Assembly: GCA_951406725.2 (NCBI GenBank)
Contig: OX597817.1
Coordinates: forward strand, 64,232,001 to 64,296,000
Length of the DNA stretch: 64,000 bases
DNA from: Octopus vulgaris
Taxonomy: Eukaryota
Direction: 5' to 3'
Program-made: the position numbers and the translations under genes
Notes under the pieces: model-generated
What the model saw: the letters and a program-made list of their open reading frames with translations, nothing else
The model's database searches: none
What the model was told of the DNA's origin: nothing
Shown here: one piece after another, positions 27,430 through 40,709 of the stretch
Layout: each line of letters starts with the position of its first letter
Numbering within the stretch: the first letter of the stretch is position 1

Positions 27430-29405
27430 ACATACAATGAAGTGGGGGACGGGTTTCGCTTCGACCCCGCAAACCCCGTGCCACAACTGTAAACTTTTGT
27501 ATAACCTTATGGATATACTATGCAGTTTCATTCATTCTCAACAAACTCGCTACAGCCTTCCATCTTTTTCCATACACACCAGGTGACAGGCATTTTCTCT
27601 CCACCCTTATTTTCTTCTTAAGGTGGTAAATAAGGAAATTAACCAGTCCAAGGCTGGAGATGAAGATACCTGCAATAATTACTTTTACGCGGGCCTTCCA
27701 TAACACTTCTTTCGCCATAGCGACCACAGCGAGAAAACAAGCCTTGCTTTTTGTTAAAAGAGGAAGGAGGAACAATCATTACATTCAACTCGGAAGACAG
27801 TTGTACTCTTCCCAGCCGTGACAGCAGGTGTTCAACGTAAGCCCACATTTCGGAAATTTGGGGGCATTGCACACTCGCGTGTAGAACGGTTTCTCCGTCC
27901 TGCTCGCATCCCGAGCACGTGGGTGCGCAACAGGCACCATGCCTTGCGAGTTTATTGCAAACAGGTAAGGCTCCTTGGCAACACTGCCAGGCCAGGGATC
28001 CTTGGAAGTGATCCAAGGGACCTTGCCCGAATGTCATTCGGAACAGGCCGGCTAGTTGACCATCATCGAAGCCTAGAGTCTCCCCCAAGACGTCGTCGCA
28101 CTGAGCCTCTACCTCTATAGAAAGACGTGGTGAAACCCCAGCCGCTGGCGTTGTCCGTGTGATAGAGAAGCTTGAGTGCCTCACGACACCCTGCTTGCCA
28201 AGCACACAACTTTAGTTTACACTTGATCCAAGGTCCTAACTCACTCAAACTAGTAAGTTCAGCAAGTAACGACCGAACGAACGGAGACCACACCTGTTCA
28301 CCATGTAGAGTCACAGATGCCTCAGCCTCAATGCATGTCTGTGCATCAACAGCCAAGGTATCCCTAGCCCACCCTTTAGCGGGTGCTGGCAGCAGACAGA
28401 GCGCTTAACAAGATGACTTTTACCCTTACACAAAAAGCCGGAAGAGCAGCCGCTCCAACTTGATCAGCCACGAACGGGGGCAAGGCTCGACGGTTAGGAG
28501 GTAGGTAATCACAGAAGCGATGAACACCCCTGTAAACTCCACCTTTCCTAACAGGAATAGCCGCCGCGCAGACCAGGTCTGAGTTAGGTGGGTCACCCTG
28601 CTCGTCACCTCGCTCCAATTCTACTTTATCTGGAGGTCTGGACCAAACCAAACCAAACTCCTAGCATTTTAACAGGTCCCTCCGTCCTACGCCCTACGGC
28701 GTTGTTGGGAGGTGCCGTATTGCCTCTCCAGGTACCAAGTTGCAAGCCAACTGACTTATCACGGTTAACTTTTGATTCTGCCACCGCCTCGTAGTCCTTA
28801 ATGGCGTTGCCTACCCTCTTTAGGTGTAACATATCAGACACGATGATGGTGATGCCATCCGCGTACGCCGAAATCTTCCTATTGCAACCTAGATCTCGTG
28901 GGGCGATTTCAAGCCCTCCAACTTCCATAGTAAGGGCTCTAGAACCAACACATACTGAAGTGGGGAGAGAGGACACCCTTGACGAACAGAGCGTTTGATG
29001 TTGAACGGCTTCAAGAAGAACCTGTTCACCCGAACGCTCGAGTCGATGTTGCTGTATAAAGCAATGATCCACTCGCGGAAGACGGGGCTGAGCCCGAATG
29101 CTGCAAAGACCAACACCAGATACCAATGGTCAACCCTGTCAAAAACTTTGGACTGGTCTAAATGGACCAGCGCCCCACCTTTGCCAGGAGACCCGTTAAC
29201 CCTTTCTAAGGTGTAGCATAGAAAGTGGAGATTGTCGTGTATGTATCTGCCAAAAACGGTACAAGTTTGTGCCCTTCCCGACGATTCAACACTCGACACA
29301 CGCCAACCTTTTTTGCTAACACCTTGGCCAAAATCGTCAACTCTACATTAAGCAGAGTGATGGGCCTGAAAATATCTATAATATCCCCCTTGTTTGGGTC
29401 CTTTT
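27430..29405 (-). mobile_element. Tx1/L1-like LINE ORF2 remnant (RT plus zf-RVT), frameshifted
   Basis: FRPITLLNVE, LDQSKVFDRVDH, SVRQGCPLSP, AYADGIT and CSGC...ETVLHASVQCP motifs spread across the minus-strand ORFs. Confidence 0.9.
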
Positions 29406-30020
29406 AATCTCCCACCTTTCTCTTTGGGCTTCCTCCATCTCCTCTTCCTCTGTTTCATTTCCAGAAGTTTCTTCATGCATTTCACCCGCAGCTTCTTCTG
29501 TTTGTTTTTCTACAGGTGGGGGAGACGCTGTTTTTTTTTTTAGTGGGGAGGAGGTTGGCACTCAGGCCTAATGTAGACTTTTTGATCACACTTGTAGCAA
29601 CGAGACTTCCTTCCCCCTACTGTGACTCGCAACTTAGTCTCCCCCACCTGTATAGTTTCTATAATATTTTCTAAATCAGCCGGAGTAGCCTGTATAATCA
29701 TTTCGAGGCCTTGCCCCTGCCAATTCTGCAGTTCCAGCGCTGAGGCTTGGAGAATTGCAATCTTATCCTCCAAGCCGTTTATTATGGTTGCCACCAGCCA
29801 AGCGGGGTCTACTTCGAGTGGGATGTCTCCTACCTTAATCTTGGAAGTCCGTCTTCCAAGATAAGTCGTCGACGCTTGTTTTGCCTTTTCCTCAGTTTTG
29901 AAACGGACTTCTATTCTGGCATACTTTACTCCTCTAGTGACGTATTCCACGTCGTTCCAATCTGAACGGAGGCACACCAACGCCGCTTTACTTGCGTTAT
30001 CCAGGAAACATAGCGACAAA
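29406..30020 (-). mobile_element. ORF1 of the same LINE (gag-like with decayed CCHC knuckle)
   Basis: CYKCDQKVYIRPEC knuckle followed by a low-complexity acidic tail; directly upstream of the RT on the same strand. Confidence 0.75.
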
Positions 30021-30159
30021 TTGGTAAACCGACATTATTTAAATTAAATAAAGTAGTATATGGTGTTACAGGAAAGAAATTATATTTTATCGGCGAATGT
30101 ATTTGCAATGTAACTTTTCGAGGTCACTAAACCTATTCGCTACAGAATGCATGCAGTTA

Positions 30160-31870
30160 TTTGAAATGTGGGATACCTCCATTAGTGTTCTCTGTGAAAA
30201 TGTAGTCGGCACGGTTTACAGTTCGAATGAAGTCGAATAACTGCGATAAAAAAATTTTTTAATGTTTCCAATGTTCTTTTTTGGAAGGATTAGGCTGTTG
30301 CACTAAAACAAAAGCAAGGATCGCGGTAAAACAGAATGTCCCAAACGGAATGTGCCATTTGCGGTGTTGGATCAGGTCTAGAAAGACTAGAAAGTTTAGC
30401 TATAAGTGAAAAAGTCGACCATTCAGACTGGACACTCCGACGCTTTATGTAATGGAAAAAATAATAATAATAAACTAAGTGTGTGCAGATTTTTCAACTG
30501 GATTAAATGACTACTCGAACACAACTATCCATTACCAAGCCCAGAAGTGCTCTGAAAAATAAGTGGAGGAAAAATTTTCTCGAAGTTAGACCTCTCGGAG
30601 GTCTACCTACAGATTCTAGTAGAGGAAGACCGCGCACACTTTTTAACAATCATCGCGCACCATGGGTTCGATAAATTCAAGCTGTTTCCTTTTGGAGTAA
30701 GAGTGGCACCTATCATATTCCAACAAGTGCTGAATGCAATGTTAAATGATTGCAACTTCGCTATCGCTAATCTCGATGATATTTTGATAAAGAGCGAGTC
30801 AGTGTAGCAACACTTCGAACATATTAAAAAGTATTCAGAAAAATAAATGAATATGGGTTTAGACTAACAGAGGAAAAGTGTGAATTTTCGATGAAAAAAA
30901 AAAGAATATTTGGATCAAGTATTGGACGAAAGGGGACGAACGTCAGACCCATCAAGGGAGACGGCAATACGGAATATGCTCCCCGCCAACGAATGTCAAA
31001 ATGTTACAAGCATTCTTAGGCTGAGTAAACTACTATCAAGTATATATCCCGAACATATACAACACAAGGCCTCCACTAAACCAGCTGTTAAAAAAGGGTA
31101 CTAAATGGTTTTAGTTAGAAAAATGCCAGAAGGCAAACCAGAAGGCATTTGAGGAACTAAAAAGCATGTTAACTTCAGACTTGCCGCTTACATACTTCGA
31201 TCCAAAGGAAAGGATATTGGTAAGAGATGCTAGTGAGTAGGGAGTAGGTTCCAGCGGAAAAAATTAGTCAAATTGAAAAAGAGGCATTAGCGATTATATT
31301 TGGCATAAAAAAATTCCACAGGTTTATACATGGTAGACGGTTTAGACTATAAACAGACCATCACCCGTTGCTAACCATTTATGGATTCAAGAAAGGAATC
31401 TCGGTACATACAGCAAGCAGGTTGCTGTGATGAGGCACCATACTACTAAACTAAGAAATGGCAAACCATTCGAGGGCAGTGTTAGCAGCCCTAAGAGCCG
31501 AAGGGGAAATTAAACACATAATGTGGAACATTGTACGAGAGTTACCAAAAACTCTGGAGGAGATAAAGCGGCATGCGTCAAAAGACAATTAAACAAAAAA
31601 AGAAGAAAAAAAACAAGCTAGGTGCTCAACGAAAAAAGCAAAACAAAAAATATTCGGTAAGAAAAAGCAAGAGGTAAACATATTCAATATGCGACGGTGT
31701 ACTGATGTATGACCAAAGGGTTAGTGATACCTGAGTCTCTACAAAAAAGAATGTAGAAAGAATTCTTTATTGGAGATCCAGGTATCGCAAGGATGAAAGC
31801 GCTTATGCACAGTTATATATATTGGCCGAAAATGAGCAAGGAAGTTGAAAATGTAGTAAAAGGCTGCAGG
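30160..31870 (+). mobile_element. Ty3/gypsy pol pseudogene (RT, RNase H, integrase Zn-binding start)
   Basis: KLDLSEVYLQI, FPFGVRVAPIIFQ, NLDDIL, DASE*GVG, EKEALAIIFGIKKFH, TDHHPL and PGIARMKALMHSYIYWPKM motifs. Confidence 0.9.
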
Positions 31871-32005
31871 ATCCACATTATAACACACACACACATTGAA
31901 TATAAATATACATTCAATATGTGTATATATAGAGAGAGGGAGGGGAGAGAGAGAAAGGGAGGAAAGGGAGAGTGAAAAGGTGAGAGAGGAGGAAGAAAGA
32001 GGGAG

Positions 32006-32072
<67 letters not shown>

Positions 32073-32559
32073 TCAACAGTGGTTCATTGAAAAATCTGTG
32101 TTCTGCTACATTTTGAAATATTCTAAAAGAAAATTGGCTGGGTGAAAAAGTTACGATAAAATATGTTAAGAGATGGGGGAGTAACGTATAGACGCAACTT
32201 CTACGCAGTATAGTTGCCTTATATATTTATTTATATATTTTTTATTATTTTTCTTTTAATTCCTCTTACATAAAAGATTGCAACGAGAGGAATCTAATCC
32301 TGTAAACCACGTCAAAACTGGTACAGTAGAAAAAGTTTAAAAGTAAGGCCTAAATCCGTCTTTAAGTCATCATATATCTCTGTTATTTTTGAGAAAAATT
32401 AGTCCAGAATAGCATTCTTAAAAGATCTAAATGAGTGGAATCTAATACTGAAAATACGCCAAAATTGATCAAAATTGGTACTTCTTCAACTCCATTTCCT
32501 TCCTTCTTGAAACTACATTAATTCTCTTCATGGATATAAAAAAAAATACTTGCACACCG

Positions 32560-32800
32560 GTTCCTTTTTGTGCCAGCATGCTCGACTACGTTCATTGTAC
32601 TTCCTCTAACCCAATATACTTTATAGCTCTCAAACTCTGCAATACACTATACTTAAGAGATACGAATCACCGTTCAGAAGACAGGTTCAGTGAGCATTTA
32701 CTGGCCGTTCACTGAACGTTGTTACACTCCGTGAATCCTTAAAACTGATAACTAGACACTTGAATCCACTAGGTCACCTCTTAGTCTGCGGTGTCAGTCC
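32560..32800 (+). mobile_element. Penelope-like GIY-YIG endonuclease remnant (second family)
   Basis: HCTSSNPIYFIALKLCNTLYLRDTNHRSEDRFSEHL resembles TC.SSNVIY.I.C..C...YIGET.R.L..RF.EH. Confidence 0.75.
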
Positions 32801-33769
32801 GCTGACCGAGAGGTGTCCATTTATCGTCACAATTTTCGTCGCATTTCTACTTCCCGGAAGATTTTTTGTTTATAATTCTGGCAACATACATATCCTAGAT
32901 TCTAATTTTCAAAAAAATATTCCTTACAGCTTCTTAATTCTCTACTTTTTAACCACTCCTTACTGATTTCAATTCACTGCTAAACCATATCCTTTTTACT
33001 CCTCTCGCTCTCATCTTGTTTGTCTTTTCGTCTATTACCTGATTTGCCCGAATTTTTCTCTATCTCCTGCCTCATCAGACATGGCTCATCACCACCTCTT
33101 TCATTTAAGGGATCGTGTTACAAACTTTTACCACTCCTTCCTCAGATTTTACTTCCTCTCTCATCGTATAGCTCTCACACTACTCTTACTAACACCTTGC
33201 TTTTCCTCCACTCCATCCCCTCTAGGCCACTCTATTTTCTCATCTGCAGTTTTGCGTCCAAGATGACAAAACCTCTCTATATATTCTTCTCTATCTCTTT
33301 CTCTCCTCCTTCTCTCTCTGTGTTTCGGGAGAAAAAGAACAATTATCCGAAATGTTCGAGTTCTTCACTCCTCGTATTGTTTACTGACACAGATCACCAC
33401 CAATTACCTCAGATACCAGGTAATACCAAAATAATATTAACCAATGGCTAATACTACTTTTTACTCTTTGCAAGAGGTTTTAACTAGTTTGTTGATGTTT
33501 ACTTGTATAGTGATGTCGGTGTTATCCATTTTTAGTGGTAACATTGGCTTAATGACACACAATAATTTAGCCATATAATTTAGAAGGAAGTCACTGTATC
33601 TGCTCATAACATCGAGAGGATAGAATACACGAGGTGCTTGTATTAAGTCATAACTTTTATTATTGGAGATGATACGTTCACATACAAGGTTAGTTGAAAG
33701 AAGCTTATAACATTACATGAATGTGTCCTGTCTGCAATCACATGTCTCCAGGTAAGAAAGGCGAACGAG

Positions 33770-35345
33770 TGGGCTTAAGTACACGTTGAAGAATTAACAT
33801 GCACTGAATGGCGCGAATTAGAATGTCCTTCCTTTATATAGGGATGGACCGGAAGCCCCCGACTTCCGCGTAAAACCACCGGAAGTTCTAGAAGAATCTC
33901 GAACATTCTAGAAGCTCGAGGGAGATTACTTTCGTTACATCCCTTTTCCGTTTTGTTTGTCGTCGTATCCACCAGGAGTCACTACATCACTCCCCTCTTA
34001 GACGGACAGTCGATAAGCAGAATCATTGTAGCAACCCAGGGCAGATACGAAACAAAAGGAGGTAGCAGAAACATGCGCTTGCAAACAGGTAGTAAAATAG
34101 AAAAAGCAATACATGCATCATGATAGATACTGAACATAATTGCAGAGTTTGGCGCAGTAAACCTTTGTCTACACAGCTATGCACATCAAACTGAATGCAA
34201 AACATGGAAAATGAAAATACGATATGAAAACATGCATAGGAACAATGTTTGCAAATAACATTCTTTGAAAAAGAAACAACGAACAGTTTGTGTTGTAATA
34301 CAAAGTTAAATGTACATAGTTCTGGATAATTTTTGTGGTCAATGTACTGTTCTTCCACTTCTTGTGATGTAAGGTTTAGAGGTATGTTGTGTTTGCGGTG
34401 CATGTGATGGTGTTGGTGTAGGAGTGAGTGTACGTGGTATGTCAGGTTCTGGAATGAGGTTTTCTACGAAAGCTTTTTTTATCCTGTCGATGGATATTGT
34501 TTCTCTTCGACCATTAACGTCGACTATGAAGATTTTGTGTGAGTGCGACAGTACACGGTAAGGTCCAGAATAAGGTGATGCAAGGGGTCCTTTAACTGAA
34601 TCGTTCCGAATAAAAACATGTATCCCCTCAGAGATGTCTGATGGAAGAGCAGAAGAAATGATTGGTCCTGTGGAGACATTGGTGGAAGACTGGAGAAGTA
34701 AGAACGAAATATGTTGACGTATGGTGTCTTATCAGAATCTGATGAATCAACTGGTGTGAACATTTGACCGGGAAGTGACAAGGGGATGCCGTAAAGCAGT
34801 TCGGCTGAGGAGAAACCTAAATCTGTCTTTACAGCAGAACGGCATCCAAGAACAAAATTTAGGAATTCGATCCAATGTTGCAGTTCAGGAGTAGCACGAA
34901 GTGCAGCTTTTAACTGTCTGTGGAATTGTTCTATCATCCCACTGGAAGCTGGGTAATAACTCGTCGTATGAATCCGATGAGCACCCGAGAATTGTGATAT
35001 TTCACGGAATAACGAAGCTTCGAAATGGCGTCCTCTGTCAGTGGTTATTTTGGATGGAACACCAAAGCGTGCCACCCAGTTGGAAATGAACGCTTGTGCG
35101 ACGGATTTGGTTGTTATGTCAATTAGGTATGGCTTCAGGCCATCAAGAGAAACGATCGATGCAAGTTAAAATGCACGTGAATCCGCGACTAACGGGCCAG
35201 GGTCCAACAATGGCGATGTGGACATGACAGAAACGAGCGTCCGGTGGGCTGAATTTTACAAGAGGAGCACGAACATGTCGATGAACCTCGGTGCGTTGAT
35301 ACTGTAAACAAGAACGTGTCCAACTGCTGATTATACTGCGCATGT
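33770..35345 (-). mobile_element. Ty3/gypsy integrase fragment with PPT and 3' LTR
   Basis: HVHIAIVGP...LTCIDRFS, ARFGVPSKITTDRG, TTSYYPASSGMIEQFHRQLK; PPT aagaggggagtga then TGTAGTG at ~33986; LTR far end uncertain. Confidence 0.9.
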
Positions 35346-35700
35346 TAGCCATTCAATGGGGCCGAGTGGCAGAGGCACGGCGTGGAAAGAAATCTACGAT
35401 TCCATCCTTGCTGGACCACGACGGGAAAATGACAACTGATCCGGGACAGATGTGTGCGGAATTTCAGCGGAGTTACGCTCAACTGTTCGGGAGTAGCGGT
35501 GAGCCGGGTCGCAGGATGGATTTCACGTCCTTCCTCGACGGACTGCCGTGGTTCTCGGAGACGGAGGTGGAGCACTGCGAAAGGCCGATAACAGCCTTTG
35601 AAATACGGGAAGCAATGGCTAGCTGCACGAAATCGCCAGGTTTGGATGGTCTGCCCTACAAGGTTTACGCTTACATGCCAGATTTGTTCGATGACCTCTT
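35346..35700 (+). mobile_element. Tx1/L1-like LINE EN-RT linker fragment
   Basis: CERPITAFEIREAM...KSPGLDGLP (RT domain 0). Confidence 0.85.
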
Positions 35701-35774
35701 TGGCATATCCCATAGTATGGTTACTTTCTCATTTTCTGTGACCTTTTCTGGCGTGTGCCTATACCATATTTTTC

Positions 35775-35778
<4 letters not shown>
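35701..35778 (-). mobile_element. R4/Dong-type LINE fragment abutting (TAA)n
   Basis: Minus strand translates to WYRHTPEKVTENEKVTILWDMP, the segment that precedes the RLE PD motif. Confidence 0.75.
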
Positions 35779-35844
<66 letters not shown>

Positions 35845-35854
35845 TTCAGGTTAA

Positions 35855-36035
35855 AGCAAAGTCGACCTCAGCGGAATTTGAACTCTGAACGTTCTTCTGG
35901 CTTTACGTTCAGAGTTCAAATTCCGCTGAGGTCGACTTTGCTCTTCATCCTTTGGGAGCTTGATAAAATAAGTACTAGTAGATGAACCAAGTAGTCACTT
36001 CCCAAAATTTCAAGGCGTTGTGTCTATAGTAGAAA
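35855..36035 (+). mobile_element. SINE family A with a 38-bp fold-back at its 5' end
   Basis: Arms 35855-35892 and 35905-35942 are exact reverse complements. Confidence 0.85.
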
Positions 36036-36314
36036 AGATCATCATCATTACCACCACCACCGCCACCTTAAAAAATTACTTTACGTGGATGAGAATGAAA
36101 AATACTGTAACGAAAAGAAACTAATTAAAATGTTGTTCTTTCCAAGAACCGCAAGAGTGTAAGAGGGTTGGTAGTTCGAGTCCTAACTTCAGCAACATTA
36201 AAGCGTTAGATAAGGGACGAATGTACTTCCACCTCTGATAGAACATTAATGTATCGATGTAGCGCTTTCATAAAGGTCTCATATTTATTAATTTATCAGG
36301 AAAAGGTACTGCAG

Positions 36315-36700
36315 TGTGATCTAGAAACTCTCGTCGAAACCACGAGGTTTTGGGTTCAGTTCCACTGAACAGCACCTTGGGCAAGTATTTTCAATAAAAG
36401 CTTCGGGCCAACCAATGTCTTCTGTATGAACTTATTTGACGATAACTGCGAGGATGCATATCGTATCTCTCTCTCCCTCCTTCTATCTATGTCTGAGTCT
36501 TTCTTTTTGTATTGTTTGTCCCCCACCAGTGCTTGACAACCAGTGCTGGTTTGTTTACACTCCCGTGACTTAGCAGTTCGGCGAAAAAGAACTAATAGAA
36601 TAAGTAACGGACTTTAAAAAGAATTATTTGCTTGACTCAACCCTTCAAGGTGGTACTCCAGCAAGGCCACAGTCAAAAGATGGAAACAAGTAAAAGGTAA
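36315..36700 (+). mobile_element. SINE family B, diverged
   Basis: gggttcagttccactg...ccttgggcaagt...gcttgacaacc...ttagcagttcggc. Confidence 0.75.
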
Positions 36701-37419
36701 GACAAAGGACAACCTACAATAACTAAGTCTCTTCACGTACTACTTATGGATTTGAACTCGCAACTCAAGAGAACGGTAATGTGATGCATTCTGTTAAATT
36801 TTATTTTGGTTTATGATGAGGGAGTGGGCAGATACGTTTATTAGGTAACGCAATGAGGAATTATGGAAGCGTGGTAGTAACCATATTCCGAATCAAAGCA
36901 GACTAGTGTGAATGTAATTAGAGTGTAAGCCGCCTTGACATAACAAGCGCAATCATGGGTTAGTGCCAAATTAGTATTCTGTTCAGCAAATGTTTAATTG
37001 CCCAGAAAGAAATGCTGATTGGTGGACAGAAGCACTACGTATATTTTCCATGGGCGGAGTTTAATAGCCTGTTGGTGTATGTGCGTGTGTTTGTGTTTGT
37101 GAGCGTGTGCGTGTGTGTGTTTGTGCATGTGTGTGTGTATGTATATGTGTATTTATGTGTGTGTAGTTTGATTCCCTATTGAGCGGATGTAATCGGCTTA
37201 GAAACAGCTTTGATGCTTTGCAGTTCTTCATTGGTCCCTTGCGTGTCTGAGTTCAAATTACTTCGTCTTTCTTTAAAAAACATATATCAGTCACGTAGCG
37301 GAGCAGTTAAGAAGTTTACCTCGGAACCACAAGATATTACCTCCCTACGAGACATAACATGGCCGCCGAGACGATTTACACACAATACTATACGCAAGAA
37401 AGATTGTCCTGACGGTGAG

Positions 37420-37860
37420 ACCAAAGGTACACAAGAACCAGGGAGTATCTACATCTTCAAAATTAAAGATTATTGATGGGAGCATTCCAATGTAAACAGC
37501 AACCCGGTGTAAGCACAACGGGCTCGATATGGTTGTATGGGACAGGAAGAAAAAGTCATGCATCACTGTAGAGATTAACTGCCCAAGGGATGAGAATGTC
37601 TATTCAAAAATTGGGGAAAAAAGCATCACTGGAGAACTGATAAGAAAGTCACAGCTATTATATCCTGGCTATAGATTATCATTTGTCCCTGGTATCATAG
37701 GTGCACTGGGTTACGTAACAACTGACTGCATTGAAACCTAGAAATGCATGGGTTCTTCAAAAAACAATTGAGCAAACTGATTCTAGCATTCTCCAGATGC
37801 AATCGATCAGTGAAAATTTGTAAAACAAACCATGGATTCTCCATTTCAGGTACCTGAGTC
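37420..37860 (+). mobile_element. RLE-type LINE endonuclease remnant
   Basis: KHNGLDMVVWDRKKKSCITVEINCP...LLYPGY...PGIIGALG. Confidence 0.75.
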
Positions 37861-38141
37861 AACATATACACATAACCATATATAAAAATAGAATACAAGC
37901 ACACACAAAAAAAGTTAGGTATCATACGTTTGTGTTCTGCTGTGATATGCACGCACACTCACACACGTACACATATACAGGGCGCAAGTTTATTCAGATG
38001 TACATACATGCACACAACACTCACACTTATATACATACATTAACCGATTCAGATAAGCACAAGCTCCAAGAACTGCTATTTTGTTTGTGACCGGCTTGAA
38101 TTCTGCAAGGGAAAAAACGTTAAAGATAAATACCAAAGAAA

Positions 38142-38215
<74 letters not shown>

Positions 38216-38600
38216 TCAATCATTCACTCGCTCACACATACGCACATGTATATATTTAAGAGAGAAAGAGAGAGGGTGTGTGTGTGTGTGTGTTTTAATA
38301 TATGTGACTTCGAATGTCCGCTTTAACCAGCGTCATATATTATTATATCATAGCTTTAACTCTTAATCTATTGATCATTTTGGATCCCTTTGATAAACAC
38401 TCTGCACGAAAAGTATTTTGTTATATGCATTGAATAATGTGGGTTTTGAATCGCTGTGATTAAAAGTAATGCGAGAAAATTATATAAAATGACGAGATAT
38501 CAAAATAATGTAGAAGACGACAGATATCTTGTAATGCTTAGTTGTAGAGACAAATGAAGTTACAGGGGTAAATGAATATTCATGCTTGCAGGCATATAGG

Positions 38601-38639
<39 letters not shown>

Positions 38640-39139
38640 TAAAGACGTGACTGTGTTTCTCTTTTATCTATTTTATTTTAGACATTTCTTATTTTCGTTT
38701 TAATTTCTTGCAGATAGTTAGAAGCAATAAATTTCCGAATCCATATTCGACGTTTCCAGATCATCACAGTCTCATTTTCAAGAATTGAAGTAGATTTGAA
38801 GCAGATTTGGCTTCCTATATAGGTCAAATTTTTGTAGACTTTTTCGCTAAAGGTCTTTTTTTTTACCGTTAGGCTTCCGCATCAGGAGTCACGTGTTAAT
38901 TTGTTTTGTAATCAGTTTTTTTTTACTGTTAGGGTATCATCTTAGTAGTCACGAATTAATCTTTTTAATGTTTGCATGTTTATTTTGGCATTGCGTTGTG
39001 ATATAAGAAAGAGAGAGAGAGGGGGAGAGTGAAATTAAATTTTATTCTCCAATGTCCCTTTCGACTATGTCGGTATGTAGAAAGAGAGAAAGAGAGAGAG
39101 AGAGAGGGAGAGAGAAATTAAATTCTATTCTCCAATGTC

Positions 39140-40100
39140 CCTTTCGACTATGATAAAAATGTCGGTATGTGAATCTCTCTGGGATTCATCTCCTTTCTTG
39201 GATCAGTAGCTTCCCGTTAGATTGCACAGTCGAAGAATGTGCTGGTAGAGCATTTCCATATCAGCACTCAATCACCTCTGGAGTTCTGCAGAACTCAGTT
39301 CTGTCCCTACACACATCTTATACATCAAAGATCTACTTGTCACCTCCAACGACAATAACGACACTTACAAAGGTGATGCCGTCCTTCAGTCTTCCTGAAC
39401 CTTCTGCATTCAAGTGCCAGCCATATAAAACTTGAACATCTCACGTTAAATATGCACTGACAAAGAACTTGAAAGCATCTTCTGCTGCTACCACGCCAAT
39501 CTTGTCCCCTTTGTAACAACTGTTCATACCAAGAAAACATCATTGTATCTATCCTTTCATTAAATACGAGCAGTTAGTTCTAACAACCCTCACAATCTCT
39601 CCAACTGCTAGGATTCATTTCTTATAGAAGATTTTTCAGAGTAAACACACGTATTTAACATAGCTGAGATTGCTTCTCAAGGAGTTACCCTTCTCTTCAG
39701 AGCCAGAAAATATCCAACAATTTCCGTTCCTCTGCAAAACTCCAGAGAATTTCACAATGGGGATATAGTTTCCCCATCTCGTTCGGTACTCAGACATCGT
39801 AGGACATATCTAGAGCGGTCACTCGATTGATTTGTCATCAAGTCATTCACAAATGTGCAGTCTCCTCTCTCTACCGTTTCAATTGCAACACCAATGACCC
39901 CTGTTCCTCAGTGTTGACTGGACTTATGCGACCTCCACCCAGTCTCTCTCGTCTCATTTCTTTCTCCTTATCGTATTATCCACGTTATGTCTAACACCTT
40001 AAACCCCGCTCTACGCCCAGTCTTTCATCTTAGGTAAGTTACACCTCAGAAATTCTATCCCTGCACTTTTTTCCTGCAGTTATTGACTTGCCACAGTTTT
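39140..40100 (+). mobile_element. Highly degraded LINE RT (Jockey/CR1/L2-like)
   Basis: SITSGVLQNSVLS (GVPQGSVLS-like) preceded by LLSWISSF. Confidence 0.55.
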
Positions 40101-40580
40101 AACGGAGCAGTTTTTACGATATTATGAGCCCTTCCCCTTCCTTCAGACTTTCAAAATAAATAAATAAATATGCTTTCACATACTGAAGTGGCATAGAATT
40201 CTTTATGTAGATCTTAACTTAGACGATGTTTTTATACATTCAACAACTATCATGTGAGCCAAATTCCATTTATTAATTTTCCAAATAAACTCTCAGCACA
40301 CAACCAACTACCAAGCCTAACATGATCGTATGACAATTAATGAATGTATAATTTACCGTTAGATTAGCACAGAAAAGTACGAAAATGCTAAGAAGTTACT
40401 GTTGGACTGTGTTGGCAAAGAAATCGTGAAATAAGACGAGTGCATATGTCGTGAAGAGAGGTAAATTCTAAATTAACATCTCTCCCAAGGAATAAAAAGT
40501 TATATTTTACGCACTTTATCAGTTTAAAAGCAGACATAGCTCCTTCATCTCTGAATAAGAGATAGAATTTGTGCTGTGTA

Positions 40581-40629
<49 letters not shown>

Positions 40630-40709
40630 CAAGCACAAACTCACATGCACAAACACACTCACATACACACACAAATATAGACAGTAAACATACATACGCA
40701 CACACATAT

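Noticed and set aside
38742-38790. Minus-strand attc-TTGAAAA...GAAACGTC-gaat hammerhead-like relic (similar weak ones at ~33330-33365 and ~48575-48670)
   Set aside because: Core too mutated to call confidently by eye.
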